IMG/VR virus record: IMGVR_UViG_3300017917_002116
Location: 1-64,000 of that record
Source of the DNA: a virus
Direction: 5' to 3' (one strand)
DNA length: 64,000 nucleotides
Positions within the stretch are counted from its first letter, which is position 1. Each line of letters starts with the position of its first letter. A program made the translations under genes and the position numbers. The notes beneath the pieces are model-generated. The model was given only the letters and a program-made list of their open reading frames with translations, had not been told where the DNA came from and ran no database searches. Below are positions 39,568 through 49,437 of the stretch, piece by piece.

Positions 39568-39809
39568 TATTCGAAACCCTGTGTTAGAACTTGTTTGGGC
39601 TTTACACCCCTATCTATATTAATCTTATCCTTAAGGATATTCGTGAATATTTTGCGCTCGTCATAGGTTAAATTCCAAAGATCATTATAACTTTGTCCCG
39701 AGTATATGGCCAGCGATGCAATATCTTCTATAATGGCTTTTGTATCTTGTTCTAGTGATTTAAGTAGTCCTAGAATCTCTGGGCCTGATTTCAGACTCAA
39801 AAGCCTCAT
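39567..39809 (-). CDS. baseplate/tail assembly protein, gp51-like (probably also the C-terminal part of a frameshift product)
   Basis: SYNDLWNLTYDERK motif; overlaps the upstream stop in the -1 frame. Confidence 0.65.
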   Translation of the reverse strand: MRLLSLKSGPEILGLLKSLEQDTKAIIEDIASLAIYSGQSYNDLWNLTYDERKIFTNILKDKINIDRGVKPKQVLTQGFE

Positions 39810-40654
39810 GCGAAAAAAGTTGTAGGATTAAGATCTAGACTGGACTTGTAAATCTTGCCGCATTTTTGGCACTGTACATCAAAGTCTTTTTTCACACCAT
39901 AGTTATTGGTGGCCATGATGTTTTCTTCTAATTTTTTGTACTCGGGTCTGCTTAGATCACGTACCCATTCCTCAATCATCTTGCTGTCGGACACCACTGT
40001 ACCATCAGGCAACAGCACTGTTTCTATACTGTCAGCGACCACCTTAATACTTTGATCTGTCAAGGCCTGATAGCTTTTGCTTAGTATGTCTACTTTTTCT
40101 TTTTCACTGGCATTGCGTTGTTCTGCAATCTGTATGTTTCTGATTTGTTCGTACTGTACCCAGTTCAAATCCAGTAGATGCTTTACTGTAACTGGCTTGA
40201 CATATACCTTGACGCCACTGTCATGCTCAACAGGTGGCACATCATCCAGCGTTTTGATACTGGCTATCAAGGAATTTAAGTCTACACTTACATCGTTTTT
40301 TACAGCTTCTCCGCAATCACAGGTTGTACTAACGTCTAGCTTTTCACCATAGGTGCAACGTTTAACAGCGACAAGAATAGCATCCAGGTCTGCGCTGGGC
40401 ATGTTTTCTGGATCTTTGATGCAGGGCGCACAACTCTTTATTAACTCAGCAATGGCATTGCCGTTTAGTAATGCATCGGCATTTTTTAACATGAGTTCAT
40501 CTTTGGCAGTCAGAGGATAAACTGGAATTTCTCCCATGTCATTAAGCTCTGCAGGTTTTTGAGCATAACCCTTGCCCCTACTAGGTAATTTAATCCAAAG
40601 ACCGGGTTTTCTAAAATAGGCCTTTAAAGGATTAACTTGTTGTTGATTTTCCAC
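39806..40654 (-). CDS. baseplate hub assembly chaperone, T4 gp26-like
   Basis: NPL..YFR.P...IKLPS.G, PLTAKDEL.LKN.DALLNG, DLDAILVA, two CxC/CxxC motifs, ends NPTTFF; GTG start after GGAG SD. Confidence 0.8.
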   Translation of the reverse strand: MENQQQVNPLKAYFRKPGLWIKLPSRGKGYAQKPAELNDMGEIPVYPLTAKDELMLKNADALLNGNAIAELIKSCAPCIKDPENMPSADLDAILVAVKRCTYGEKLDVSTTCDCGEAVKNDVSVDLNSLIASIKTLDDVPPVEHDSGVKVYVKPVTVKHLLDLNWVQYEQIRNIQIAEQRNASEKEKVDILSKSYQALTDQSIKVVADSIETVLLPDGTVVSDSKMIEEWVRDLSRPEYKKLEENIMATNNYGVKKDFDVQCQKCGKIYKSSLDLNPTTFFA

Positions 40655-40667
40655 GATTTTCTCCAAC

Positions 40668-40712
40668 TAAATATTCGATAAGATTCTGTAATCTTATTTA
40701 TGTATATATTTA
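40668..40712. promoter_or_regulatory. face-to-face late promoters with a central inverted repeat
   Basis: TAAATA (+) 40668-40673, TAAATA (-) 40695-40700 and 40707-40712; ataagatt-ctgt-aatcttat at 40678-40697. Confidence 0.55.
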
Positions 40713-43502
40713 ATGGCTGATAAAGTAACTATAGAGGGCAATTACCCCACCGGTGAAGTGTTCAAATTTACTCTGGACGGTGCATCTACCTATGATCAGA
40801 TGCAACGTTTGATCGATTTGACCGGCAGCATGGCCAGCAAAATCAGCAAGCGTGATCCAGAAGAACTCAAACGTATAGATGAACTCAAAGCCGGCACAGT
40901 TCAGTATCAGAAAAATAGATCGGCATTAAATGCGACGTCCAGTGGCTTATTTGACCTAGATAGTGCACTGACAGACGTAAAGGGTTCCAGCAGTCTTGTA
41001 CGTGGTGATTTTAAAGGACTGTCTGGCGCTCTAAGAGGATTAAACACTCCACTATCACTAGTAGGCACCGCCGCCTCCAGCTTGGTAGGCGCGCTCATGG
41101 GCTATGCAGAAAGCCTGAGACCTGCGCTACAGCGTGGTATTGGTGGTGCAGTCATGGACTTTGCAATCTATGCCAAATCTGCTGGCATGAGCATGGATTC
41201 ATTCACCAAGGCCTTGGCTTCCACAGAAGGCGCATTTGGCATGCTGGGTGCGACACAGAACGAAGCCGCCAAGAATTTTTCTGGATTGATTAACTCGGTT
41301 AGAACAGCCACTGCTGCCACTGGCAACCTAGGCATGAACAACGAAGAACTGGCCAAGTTCACAGCAGAGCAGTTGAAGATTGCAGTACAACAAGGCGCTA
41401 GAGGCAAGGTAGCACAGGATCGTGTGATCAATACCAGCAAAGAACTAGGAGAACAATTCCAGGAACTGGCACAACGAACTGGCAAGAGTATAACTGAGCT
41501 TGCACAGTATGCCAGCAAGCTGGTCATGGACCCAACTATCAACAACTACATTGCTACACTATCATCTGGTGGCAGTGAAGTCAGCAAGGCCATGCAGAAA
41601 TTTGGTAGCACCATGGGTGCCCTGTTTGGTAAACAAGGCGAAGAACTAGCCAACGTGGCTGCTAGAACAGCGGTATCTGGATTCCCAATGTTTACTGAAG
41701 AAATGGGTAAACAGCTATATGCAGCCATGCCAGCTGTGGCACGTGAAATTGAAACAATGTCCAGAAAGGCTGCACAAGGATATGAACCCACACCAGAAGA
41801 CCAAGCCAGATTAAAGAGGATATTAGAAGAGGAATACGAGAAAAGACAAAGATATATTAGACTAATGGGCATGTCCTCTAATGCAGAAGACAGAGCCGCT
41901 GCGGCACGCATCGAACAGATGTACCAGCAGAGTAGAATGTATGATGAGGCTCAGACTAAGAAGCGCAAAGAAGAAGCAGATGCGGCACAAAAATATAATG
42001 CTCAGGTCAATGAGCTAACAGCAAAAATGCATCAGCTCATGGTTCCATTACTACAGGTTTTAAATGCTGTAGATTGGAACTTTATGTTTGACATGCTCAA
42101 CGGTTTTGCCAAAACAGTTGAAACTGTAATGAAAACAGTATTTGAGCCTATAGCTCATGTTCTAGGCGATACGGGCGGCGGAAAGGTACTTGGTGCATTA
42201 TTAGGATTGGCAACAATAGCAGGTACCCTTGGTGTAGCATTTGTTACTGTGCGTAACGCTGCCATGGCTCTGGCCTCTGTCTTTAGATTCATGACAGGTC
42301 GTGGTGCAGCCGGTGCTGGAGGCAAAGGCGTACTAGATGACATATTGGGAGGTGGCGGCAAAGCGCCAGGCGGTGCACCAGGTGGCCCAGCTGGTCCTGG
42401 AAAAGGCCCCGGTGGAGCCCCAGGTAGTCTTGGCGACCTAGCTAGACGTGAACAAGAACTAGCAGCAGCCCGTGCAGCAGAACAGGAAAAATTAAAAGCA
42501 AGAAGTGCAGAACTCTATAAAAAATACAGGGACGAAGGACTAACTGCCACAGAAGCGAAACGTAGGGCGGATGCACATGCAGCATACCAACCTGACCGTA
42601 CTCTTGGCGAAAGACTTGAAGCAGCAAAGAATTCAGAAACAGCAGGTAGGGTAAAGAATTTCGTCAAAGATTGGGGTCCTACTATTGGTCTAATGATGGC
42701 TGGCTATGCAGGATCTAAATTAGAGCAAGCCGGTGAAGAAAGATTAAAAGAAGATCCCAATAGCGTATTAGGTCAAATGGAGAAATACGGCGGTAAGGTT
42801 TTAGATTTTGCCGGCACGTGGGGTAGTACAATAATGTTTACTACCCAAATAATGAAAGACTATTTCCCAGATGCATTGGAGAAAGTAAAAGGTTTTGGAT
42901 CAGGTGTCTGGGACATAGCTAAAAAGACACTACCAGGAACGGTTGAAAAACTTGAAACATTTGGTAAGAGCCTAGGCACCTGGTCTACAGGTTTAATGAA
43001 TTCGCCATTGTTAAGTGCACTTGGTAGTGCAGCGACCACCTATGCGATATCTGCTATTGGCGGTATGGCCATAGACGCAGCCTTAAACAAACTGTTTGGT
43101 GTTGGCAATGTTCAGATTACTGAGAAAGACAAAAAACAAGATGAAGCCAATTGGCAAAGAATGACTGGCCTGGAAAAAGCTGAATCTGGCTTTCTTAGAA
43201 CTATTGAAACAGTTGGTAAGTTTTTTGGTTTAAGTAACATGGTCAAAGAAGCAGAAGCCGCCAGAATTAAAAATGAGACAGAATATTTTGCCAAGAAAGA
43301 TCTGGAAACAACTGGTGCCACCGCTGCCCAGGCACAGACCAAAGCAGAAAAAGAGCAGCTGGATCAGTTAAAAATATTGAATCAGCACATGGAAGACATG
43401 AAGGATTCGTCCAAAGCAACCAGTTATATGAGCAGTCGTCAGGTGATGACTGCGGAAGAACACAGCAGGTTCTTGCGTCAACTAACCATGAAACCTAATT
43501 AA
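40713..43502 (+). CDS. tape-measure-like protein
   Basis: 929 aa, Ala/Gly/Lys-rich helical composition, hydrophobic TM-like stretch, next to assembly chaperones. Confidence 0.65.
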   Translation: MADKVTIEGNYPTGEVFKFTLDGASTYDQMQRLIDLTGSMASKISKRDPEELKRIDELKAGTVQYQKNRSALNATSSGLFDLDSALTDVKGSSSLVRGDFKGLSGALRGLNTPLSLVGTAASSLVGALMGYAESLRPALQRGIGGAVMDFAIYAKSAGMSMDSFTKALASTEGAFGMLGATQNEAAKNFSGLINSVRTATAATGNLGMNNEELAKFTAEQLKIAVQQGARGKVAQDRVINTSKELGEQFQELAQRTGKSITELAQYASKLVMDPTINNYIATLSSGGSEVSKAMQKFGSTMGALFGKQGEELANVAARTAVSGFPMFTEEMGKQLYAAMPAVAREIETMSRKAAQGYEPTPEDQARLKRILEEEYEKRQRYIRLMGMSSNAEDRAAAARIEQMYQQSRMYDEAQTKKRKEEADAAQKYNAQVNELTAKMHQLMVPLLQVLNAVDWNFMFDMLNGFAKTVETVMKTVFEPIAHVLGDTGGGKVLGALLGLATIAGTLGVAFVTVRNAAMALASVFRFMTGRGAAGAGGKGVLDDILGGGGKAPGGAPGGPAGPGKGPGGAPGSLGDLARREQELAAARAAEQEKLKARSAELYKKYRDEGLTATEAKRRADAHAAYQPDRTLGERLEAAKNSETAGRVKNFVKDWGPTIGLMMAGYAGSKLEQAGEERLKEDPNSVLGQMEKYGGKVLDFAGTWGSTIMFTTQIMKDYFPDALEKVKGFGSGVWDIAKKTLPGTVEKLETFGKSLGTWSTGLMNSPLLSALGSAATTYAISAIGGMAIDAALNKLFGVGNVQITEKDKKQDEANWQRMTGLEKAESGFLRTIETVGKFFGLSNMVKEAEAARIKNETEYFAKKDLETTGATAAQAQTKAEKEQLDQLKILNQHMEDMKDSSKATSYMSSRQVMTAEEHSRFLRQLTMKPN

Positions 43503-43506
43503 CAGC

Positions 43507-43514
43507 TATAAATA
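43507..43514 (+). promoter_or_regulatory. T4-type late promoter TATAAATA
   Basis: exact T4 late consensus, then AGGA SD and the portal ATG. Confidence 0.8.
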
Positions 43515-43530
43515 TATAACAGGATAAAAT

Positions 43531-45249
43531 ATGAGTTGGCGTAAACACTTTCAGATACCACAAACAGCAAATGATCTAGCTAGTAAGGGCAAGCATTCCA
43601 GCATGGCCAGCAGTGCCAACAAATTTAGCAGCTGGCTCAAAGATGTATACAGTGGTGCGCCAAACAGAATAGATCGTTATGTTCAGTATGAAATGATGGA
43701 TGCTGACAACGAAGTTCATGCTGCCTTAGACACCATTGCAGAATTCTGCACTCAATTTGATTACGAAAGCAATCTACCATTTACAGTTGAACATTTCCAA
43801 GAACCCACAGACGCCGAAGTCACAGTGCTTAATCGCAGTCTACGTCAGTGGTGCATGATCAATGACTGGAACAAGCGTGTATGGCGCACAATTAGAAATG
43901 CATTAAAATACGGCGATCAGTTCTTTATACGTGATCCAGAAACATATGAGATGTACTATATTAATGCGTCTGACGTAAGCAAATTAATTATCAATGAAGC
44001 CAAAGGCAAAGAAATAGAACAATACATTGTTAAAAATATAAGCCTAGACGTTGTTAATAAGGTAGCCACTAACCCACTGATAACTGACAACAATTTTGGT
44101 CCTACGCAATTTAACAAGACAGCATTTACACAATTTGCCACACCAACTGCAAATCAGAACATGAGCAGCAACCAGACAGAAACTGCGGTTGCAGCCAGTC
44201 ACGTCGTACATCTAAGCCTAAGTGAGGGCATGGATCAAAACTATCCTTTTGGTACTAGTATACTTGAAAGCGTATTCAAGGTATATCAGCAAAAGAGTCT
44301 ACTAGAAGACAGTATCATTATCTATCGCGTACAACGTGCTCCTGAACGTCGTGTATTCTACATTGACGTGGGTAATATGCCTGCCAACATGGCCATGGCA
44401 TTCGTTGAGCGTGTTAAAAACGAAATACATCAGAAGCGTATTCCTAGTCGAACAGGCGGCGGCGCCAGCATTATGGATGCCAGTTATAACCCACTAAGCA
44501 TGTTGGAAGATTACTTCTTTGCACAAACAGCAGAAGGTCGTGGTAGTAAAGTTGAAGTGTTACCAGGTGGTGATAACTTGGGTCAAATTGATGACTTAAA
44601 GTATTTTACCAACAAGCTAATGCGAGCATTACGTATCCCTAGCAGTTATATGCCTACAGGTCCTGATGATGGCACAGCAGTATATAACGATGGTAGAGTT
44701 GGTACAGCGTTTATTCAGGAATATCGCTTTAACAAATACTGCCAGAGATTACAAAACCTATTGATCAATCCTCTGGATAAAGAATTTAAAATGTTCTTAA
44801 AGAACAAGGGCATTGAACTAGACACAAGCACATTTAGATTAAACTTCCTACCACCACAGAGCTTTAGTGAGTATCGTGAAATTGAAATTAATAATGCTCG
44901 TGCAGCAGTGTTTAGTCAATTGGCAGAAGTACAATACCTGAGCAGACGCTTTACATTGAAGAAATATCTGGGCCTAACTGACGAGGAAATCGTTGAAAAC
45001 GAAGAAATGTGGCAGGAAGAAAATCCAGACACAGGCGGTGGTGCTGCCGGTGGTGAAGCTGATACTTCTGGTCTAGGAAGCAGCGATCTGAATTCAGTGG
45101 GTATTGAACGCCCAACAGATCAAGACTTCGGACAGCTTGAACCCGGAGCAACGCCCGAACAGGGTGCTGAAGGCGCGGCCCCGGTAAATACTGGAGCAGC
45201 TAGTCCATTAGGATCAGCCCCAGCGCCAGGCGGAGGAGCACCAGCATAA
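43531..45249 (+). CDS. gp20: portal vertex protein, T4 gp20-like
   Basis: LLEDSIIIYRVQRAPERRVFYIDVGNMP, EDYFF...EGRGSKVEVLPGG.NLGQIDD..YF..KL.RALRIPSS. Confidence 0.95.
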   Translation: MSWRKHFQIPQTANDLASKGKHSSMASSANKFSSWLKDVYSGAPNRIDRYVQYEMMDADNEVHAALDTIAEFCTQFDYESNLPFTVEHFQEPTDAEVTVLNRSLRQWCMINDWNKRVWRTIRNALKYGDQFFIRDPETYEMYYINASDVSKLIINEAKGKEIEQYIVKNISLDVVNKVATNPLITDNNFGPTQFNKTAFTQFATPTANQNMSSNQTETAVAASHVVHLSLSEGMDQNYPFGTSILESVFKVYQQKSLLEDSIIIYRVQRAPERRVFYIDVGNMPANMAMAFVERVKNEIHQKRIPSRTGGGASIMDASYNPLSMLEDYFFAQTAEGRGSKVEVLPGGDNLGQIDDLKYFTNKLMRALRIPSSYMPTGPDDGTAVYNDGRVGTAFIQEYRFNKYCQRLQNLLINPLDKEFKMFLKNKGIELDTSTFRLNFLPPQSFSEYREIEINNARAAVFSQLAEVQYLSRRFTLKKYLGLTDEEIVENEEMWQEENPDTGGGAAGGEADTSGLGSSDLNSVGIERPTDQDFGQLEPGATPEQGAEGAAPVNTGAASPLGSAPAPGGGAPA

Positions 45250-45455
45250 TGCGATTAATGGAAGTTAAACCCAGCTTTGTAGATCAACAATCTGACCAAT
45301 TTCACAAGCAGGAAAAGATGGATACTCGCCGTCCACGACTAACCTTAGAGCATTTGGGCAAGCTAAGAAAGATGCGAGAAATACGCAACATGGAGATAGA
45401 GGAACGCAAGAAATTGTACAGTAAAATCTATCAACGTCCCGTAGCGCAGATGTAA
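45249..45455 (+). CDS. small conserved head-module protein
   Basis: 68 aa, DTRRPRLTLEHL.KLRKMRE; coupled to the portal stop. Confidence 0.7.
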   Translation: MRLMEVKPSFVDQQSDQFHKQEKMDTRRPRLTLEHLGKLRKMREIRNMEIEERKKLYSKIYQRPVAQM

Positions 45456-45530
45456 GCTATACTTACACGACATTTCTGATAGAAAACTGCGTTTTTAACT
45501 CTATTTGACAATTATATTGTAAGAAATATG

Positions 45531-45536
45531 TAAATA
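45531..45536 (+). promoter_or_regulatory. late promoter (TAAATA)
   Basis: intergenic, upstream of the prohead core gene. Confidence 0.6.
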
Positions 45537-45575
45537 TTCTTACAGACAATACTTTTGGCCAAAAAGGAGAACAGA

Positions 45576-46421
45576 ATGTCTAAACATACACTTGAACAAG
45601 TGCTAGAAGCCCTTCTAAACAAGGAAGAAGATCGTGCCAGCGAACTGTTACATCAATTCTTTGTTAACAAGGGTAAAAGCATATATGAAGAACTAAGCAG
45701 CCTAGACCAACAATTGGAAGAGGCCGAGCTAGAAGAAGACGAGGACCTTGAAGAAGGTTTCGGCGACACACCTAAGCATGATTTCGAAGATGAAATTATC
45801 GCTGACGAAAACGAATTAGATGACGAGAGTCTATTCGCTGAAGCAGACGACGAACCAGAAGATCCAATGGCTGCTGATGAGCCTACAGAACCAGAAGCAA
45901 CTGCTGACCTAGCAATGGGTGACGAAGAAGGTGCTGAGGGTGCTGAAGGTGCTGAAGGCGAAGCTGAAGAAGCTCTAGACAAAGTAGAAGACGCATTAGC
46001 AGAACTAAAGGCTGCTTTTGCTGAAATCATGGGCGAGCCTGCTGCTGATGCAGGTGAAGAAGGTCCTGCTATGGACATGGGTGACGAAGAAGAAACAGAA
46101 GAAGCATTTGATCCGCTAGGCGAGAGTGCTAGCCTGGTTGCTGTTCCTGCTGCCCAAATGGGTGACGATGGCGACAAGAGTGCTAAGAGTCCAGTAAGCT
46201 CTGGTCCACGTGTTAGCGATAACGGCGCCAAGCCTGTTAGAACTAACTCTGGTACAGTAAGTGCTGGTACAGAAGGTGGTTTAGCAAAGCCTAGCGCAAA
46301 TGCTATCAACAGCGGTAACGTAAACGTTCCTGGTAACAAAAAGGCTCCTGCTCTTAAAGGTGTAGCAACACCAAAGAACAGTGATACAGCCAGCAACAAA
46401 ACTAGCCCAGTAGCGAAGTAA
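45576..46421 (+). CDS. acidic prohead core/scaffold protein
   Basis: very Glu/Asp-rich, between portal and protease; AGGAG SD. Confidence 0.7.
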   Translation: MSKHTLEQVLEALLNKEEDRASELLHQFFVNKGKSIYEELSSLDQQLEEAELEEDEDLEEGFGDTPKHDFEDEIIADENELDDESLFAEADDEPEDPMAADEPTEPEATADLAMGDEEGAEGAEGAEGEAEEALDKVEDALAELKAAFAEIMGEPAADAGEEGPAMDMGDEEETEEAFDPLGESASLVAVPAAQMGDDGDKSAKSPVSSGPRVSDNGAKPVRTNSGTVSAGTEGGLAKPSANAINSGNVNVPGNKKAPALKGVATPKNSDTASNKTSPVAK

Positions 46422-46425
46422 TAAC

Positions 46426-47061
46426 ATGGCATACGTACCACTAGTAGAAAGTCTAACATATGATCAAGCGGGTATGCGTACCCACTTGATTGAGAACGCC
46501 ACTGGCGGCAAAGACCTCTACATGGAAGGTATTTTCATTCAGGGCGGGGTACGCAATCAAAATCAACGTGTGTACCCTGTTAATGAGATTGCCAGGGCTT
46601 GTAATGCTATTTCTCAAAAAATTAAAGAAGGTTTCAGTGTGCTAGGCGAAGCCGATCATCCTGACGACCTGCAAGTTAACCTGGACCGTGTATCTCATAT
46701 GATTACAAATATCTATATGAATGAGAATAACGGAATTGGTAAGTTAAAAATATTACCTACACCTATGGGTAACATCGTTAAAACTCTATTAGAGAGTGGT
46801 GTTAAACTGGGTGTATCTAGTAGAGGTTCTGGTAACGTCAATGAATCTGGTGGCGTTACAGATTTCGAAATTGTCACGGTAGATATCGTGGCGCAACCAA
46901 GTGCTCCGGATGCATATCCTAAGGCCATATATGAACGTGTGCAGGGCGCAAGACGTCGTGGCGTTCTAATGGACTTAGCCGAGGCGGTCAGATATGATCC
47001 AAAAGCACAAAAACACCTCAAGGAAGAGGTTCTCAGGTTCATCGATAACCTAAAGAAATAA
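46426..47061 (+). CDS. gp21: prohead protease, T4 gp21-like
   Basis: EGIFIQ..VRNQNQRVYP, LGEADHP, RVSH, TPMG, LGVSSRG.G, DIVAQPSAPDAY. Confidence 0.95.
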   Translation: MAYVPLVESLTYDQAGMRTHLIENATGGKDLYMEGIFIQGGVRNQNQRVYPVNEIARACNAISQKIKEGFSVLGEADHPDDLQVNLDRVSHMITNIYMNENNGIGKLKILPTPMGNIVKTLLESGVKLGVSSRGSGNVNESGGVTDFEIVTVDIVAQPSAPDAYPKAIYERVQGARRRGVLMDLAEAVRYDPKAQKHLKEEVLRFIDNLKK

Positions 47062-47068
47062 GGGGAAA

Positions 47069-48175
47069 ATGATGAGCAATATAAAAGAACTATTCGGCTC
47101 TGGGGTTTTATCTGAGGAAGTTCAAAGCCAATTACAAGAGGCTTGGGAATCCAAGGTCCAACAACTACACGAAGAAGTAGAAGCAAATCTGCGTGAAGAA
47201 TTCAGCCAGCGTTATGAGCATGACAAAGGCCTAATTATTGAAGCCGCAGACAAGATGATTACAGAAGCAATTCGTAAAGAAATCGAAGAGTTTGCCCAAG
47301 ACAAGCGTGATGTTGTAGAAGCCAAAGTTGCGTATAAAAAGCAAATGAAAGAGCATGCTCAATTGCTCAATAAGTTTGTTATGGAACGTATGGCTGCTGA
47401 GATCAAGGAACTCAGAGAAGACCGTTCTACACAGAAACAGAATTTCGCTAAATTAGAGGAATTCGCTCTGCGTAAACTATCCAGCGAGTTGAAAGAACTT
47501 AAAGAAGATGAGCAGAAACTTGTACAGGCTCGTGTACAAATGGTTTCCGAAGGCAAGAAATTGCTAGCAGAAGCCAAGAAGAAGTTCGTCAAAGAAGCCG
47601 CTGCTAAGGCAGAAAAACTATTGAGTGAAACTCTACGTACTGAAATTACTCAGTTGCGTGAAGACATTCAGACAAGCAGAGAAAATGCATTCGGTCGCAA
47701 GATCATGGAAGCATTTGCTGCTGAGTTTATGGCTAGTGGTTTTGCTGATGGCACACAAGTCAAGAAGCTGGGTGATCAAATGGCTAAACTAAAGAAACAG
47801 CTAGATGAAACAGCATCTCTTGTAGAGTCTAAGAATCAAGAATTGGCTCAAGCTCAATCTAAGATTCGCATTGCTGAAGATGCTGTTAAGCGTCAGGCAA
47901 TCATGCATGAATTGGTAGCTCCACTTGGAAAAGAGAAGCGCGACATTATGGAAGATCTGTTGAAGACAACTAAGACAGAGAATCTACGCGAAGCTTACAG
48001 CAAGTATCTACCTGCGGTACTTAACGAGAAAACAGTGACTACAAAGAGCAAGGCTGTTATCTCTGAAAGCGCAGTATCTCAGAAGACTGAGGTAACTGGT
48101 AATAAAACTTCTAGTGAGGACTCTGCCCCTGCAGATATTATATCACTTAGAAAATTAGCCGGAATAGGAAAGTAA
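47069..48175 (+). CDS. gp22: prohead scaffolding protein, T4 gp22-like
   Basis: long charged coiled coil between protease and MCP; ends LRKLAG. Confidence 0.8.
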   Translation: MMSNIKELFGSGVLSEEVQSQLQEAWESKVQQLHEEVEANLREEFSQRYEHDKGLIIEAADKMITEAIRKEIEEFAQDKRDVVEAKVAYKKQMKEHAQLLNKFVMERMAAEIKELREDRSTQKQNFAKLEEFALRKLSSELKELKEDEQKLVQARVQMVSEGKKLLAEAKKKFVKEAAAKAEKLLSETLRTEITQLREDIQTSRENAFGRKIMEAFAAEFMASGFADGTQVKKLGDQMAKLKKQLDETASLVESKNQELAQAQSKIRIAEDAVKRQAIMHELVAPLGKEKRDIMEDLLKTTKTENLREAYSKYLPAVLNEKTVTTKSKAVISESAVSQKTEVTGNKTSSEDSAPADIISLRKLAGIGK

Positions 48176-48191
48176 TTAAAAGGAGCCTATT

Positions 48192-49364
48192 ATGTCCGAA
48201 AAACTTTTCGAGTCCCAGAACTGGTCTGCAACAAAAGACGTTCTTCTAGAAGGACTCAATGGCAACCGTAAGGCTGTCATGGAAGCTGTGTTAGAAAACA
48301 CACGCAAAAACATTATGGAAAATGCGTCTGCTGGCGCCACACAAAGCGGTAACTTTGCTGTTCTAAACAAAGTTATTCTTCCAGTAATTCGACGTGTTAT
48401 GCCAACAGTTATCGCTAACGAAATCATCGGCGTTCAGCCAATGACAGGTCCTGTTGGTCAGATTCACACTCTACGTGTACGTTACGCTGAAACTGCTGCT
48501 GGTGTTACAGCCGGTACAGAAGCTCTAAGCCCATTCGATATCGCTAAGGCTTACAGCGGCAATGGTAACCAGAGTGATCCAGCTGGTGAAACAACAGCTA
48601 CAATGGAAGGTGCTATTGGTCGTAAACTAAGCATCCAGATTCTAAAGCAAACAGTTGAAGCTAAGACACGTAAGATGTCTGCTCGCTGGACTTTTGAAGC
48701 TGCTCAAGATGCTCAAGCTATGCACGGTCTTGATGTTGAAGCAGAAATCATGGCTGCTCTAGCACAAGAAATCACAGCTGAAATCGACCAAGAGATCCTA
48801 GGCAAGTTGATGACTCTAGCTGGTACAGCTACTCACACATTCGACCAGAACGGTAGCTTCACAGGTACACCTACATATGTTGGTGACCAGCACGCTGTTC
48901 TAGCAATCCAGATCAATGATGTTGCTAACAAGATCGCTCAGCGTACACGCCGTGGCGCTGGTAACTTCGTAGTTGTAAGCCCAACAGCTTTAACAGTACT
49001 ACAAAGTGCTACAACATCTGCATTCGCACGTACAACAGAAGGTACATTCGAAGCACCTACAAACACCAAGTTCGTTGGTACTCTAAACAGCAGCGTAAAA
49101 GTTTACGTAAACAGCTATGCTGACAGTACAGCTCCTGTACTAGTTGGTTACAAGGGTCCTAACGAGATGGATGCAGCAGCGTTCTACTGCCCATACATCC
49201 CTCTAATGAGCTCTGGTGTTGTTCTTGATCCTAACACAATGGAACCAGTTGTGTCCTTCATGACACGTTATGGTTACGTTGAGTTGACAAATACTGCTAG
49301 CTCTCTAGGTAACGCAGCTGACTACCTAGGCAAGATCGCTATCGGTACAATCAAGTACGCTTAA
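48192..49364 (+). CDS. gp23: major capsid protein, T4 gp23-like
   Basis: IRRVMP..IA.EIIGVQPMTGPVGQI, VEAKTRK..ARWT.EAAQD, TRRGAGN, FYCPYIPL, FMTRYG. Confidence 0.96.
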   Translation: MSEKLFESQNWSATKDVLLEGLNGNRKAVMEAVLENTRKNIMENASAGATQSGNFAVLNKVILPVIRRVMPTVIANEIIGVQPMTGPVGQIHTLRVRYAETAAGVTAGTEALSPFDIAKAYSGNGNQSDPAGETTATMEGAIGRKLSIQILKQTVEAKTRKMSARWTFEAAQDAQAMHGLDVEAEIMAALAQEITAEIDQEILGKLMTLAGTATHTFDQNGSFTGTPTYVGDQHAVLAIQINDVANKIAQRTRRGAGNFVVVSPTALTVLQSATTSAFARTTEGTFEAPTNTKFVGTLNSSVKVYVNSYADSTAPVLVGYKGPNEMDAAAFYCPYIPLMSSGVVLDPNTMEPVVSFMTRYGYVELTNTASSLGNAADYLGKIAIGTIKYA

Positions 49365-49370
49365 TTTTTT

Positions 49371-49419
49371 TATACTTCGGTATACGAAAGTGCAAAAAGG
49401 GACCGCAAGGTCCCTTTTG
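49371..49419 (+). terminator. cUUCGg hairpin followed by an intrinsic terminator
   Basis: tatac-ttcg-gtata at 49371-49384; aaaagggacc-gcaa-ggtccctttt at 49395-49418. Confidence 0.85.
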
Positions 49420-49424
49420 TCATC

Positions 49425-49432
49425 TATAAATA
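49425..49432 (+). promoter_or_regulatory. T4-type late promoter TATAAATA
   Basis: exact consensus just after the MCP terminator. Confidence 0.8.
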
Positions 49433-49437
49433 TTTTT

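Noticed and set aside
45505-45535. Sigma70 promoter before the core gene (TTGACA at 45505)
   Set aside because: No good -10 at 16-18 nt; the TAAATA late motif explains the site.
45653-46459. 268-aa antisense ORF
   Set aside because: Shadow of the biased codon usage of the acidic core gene.
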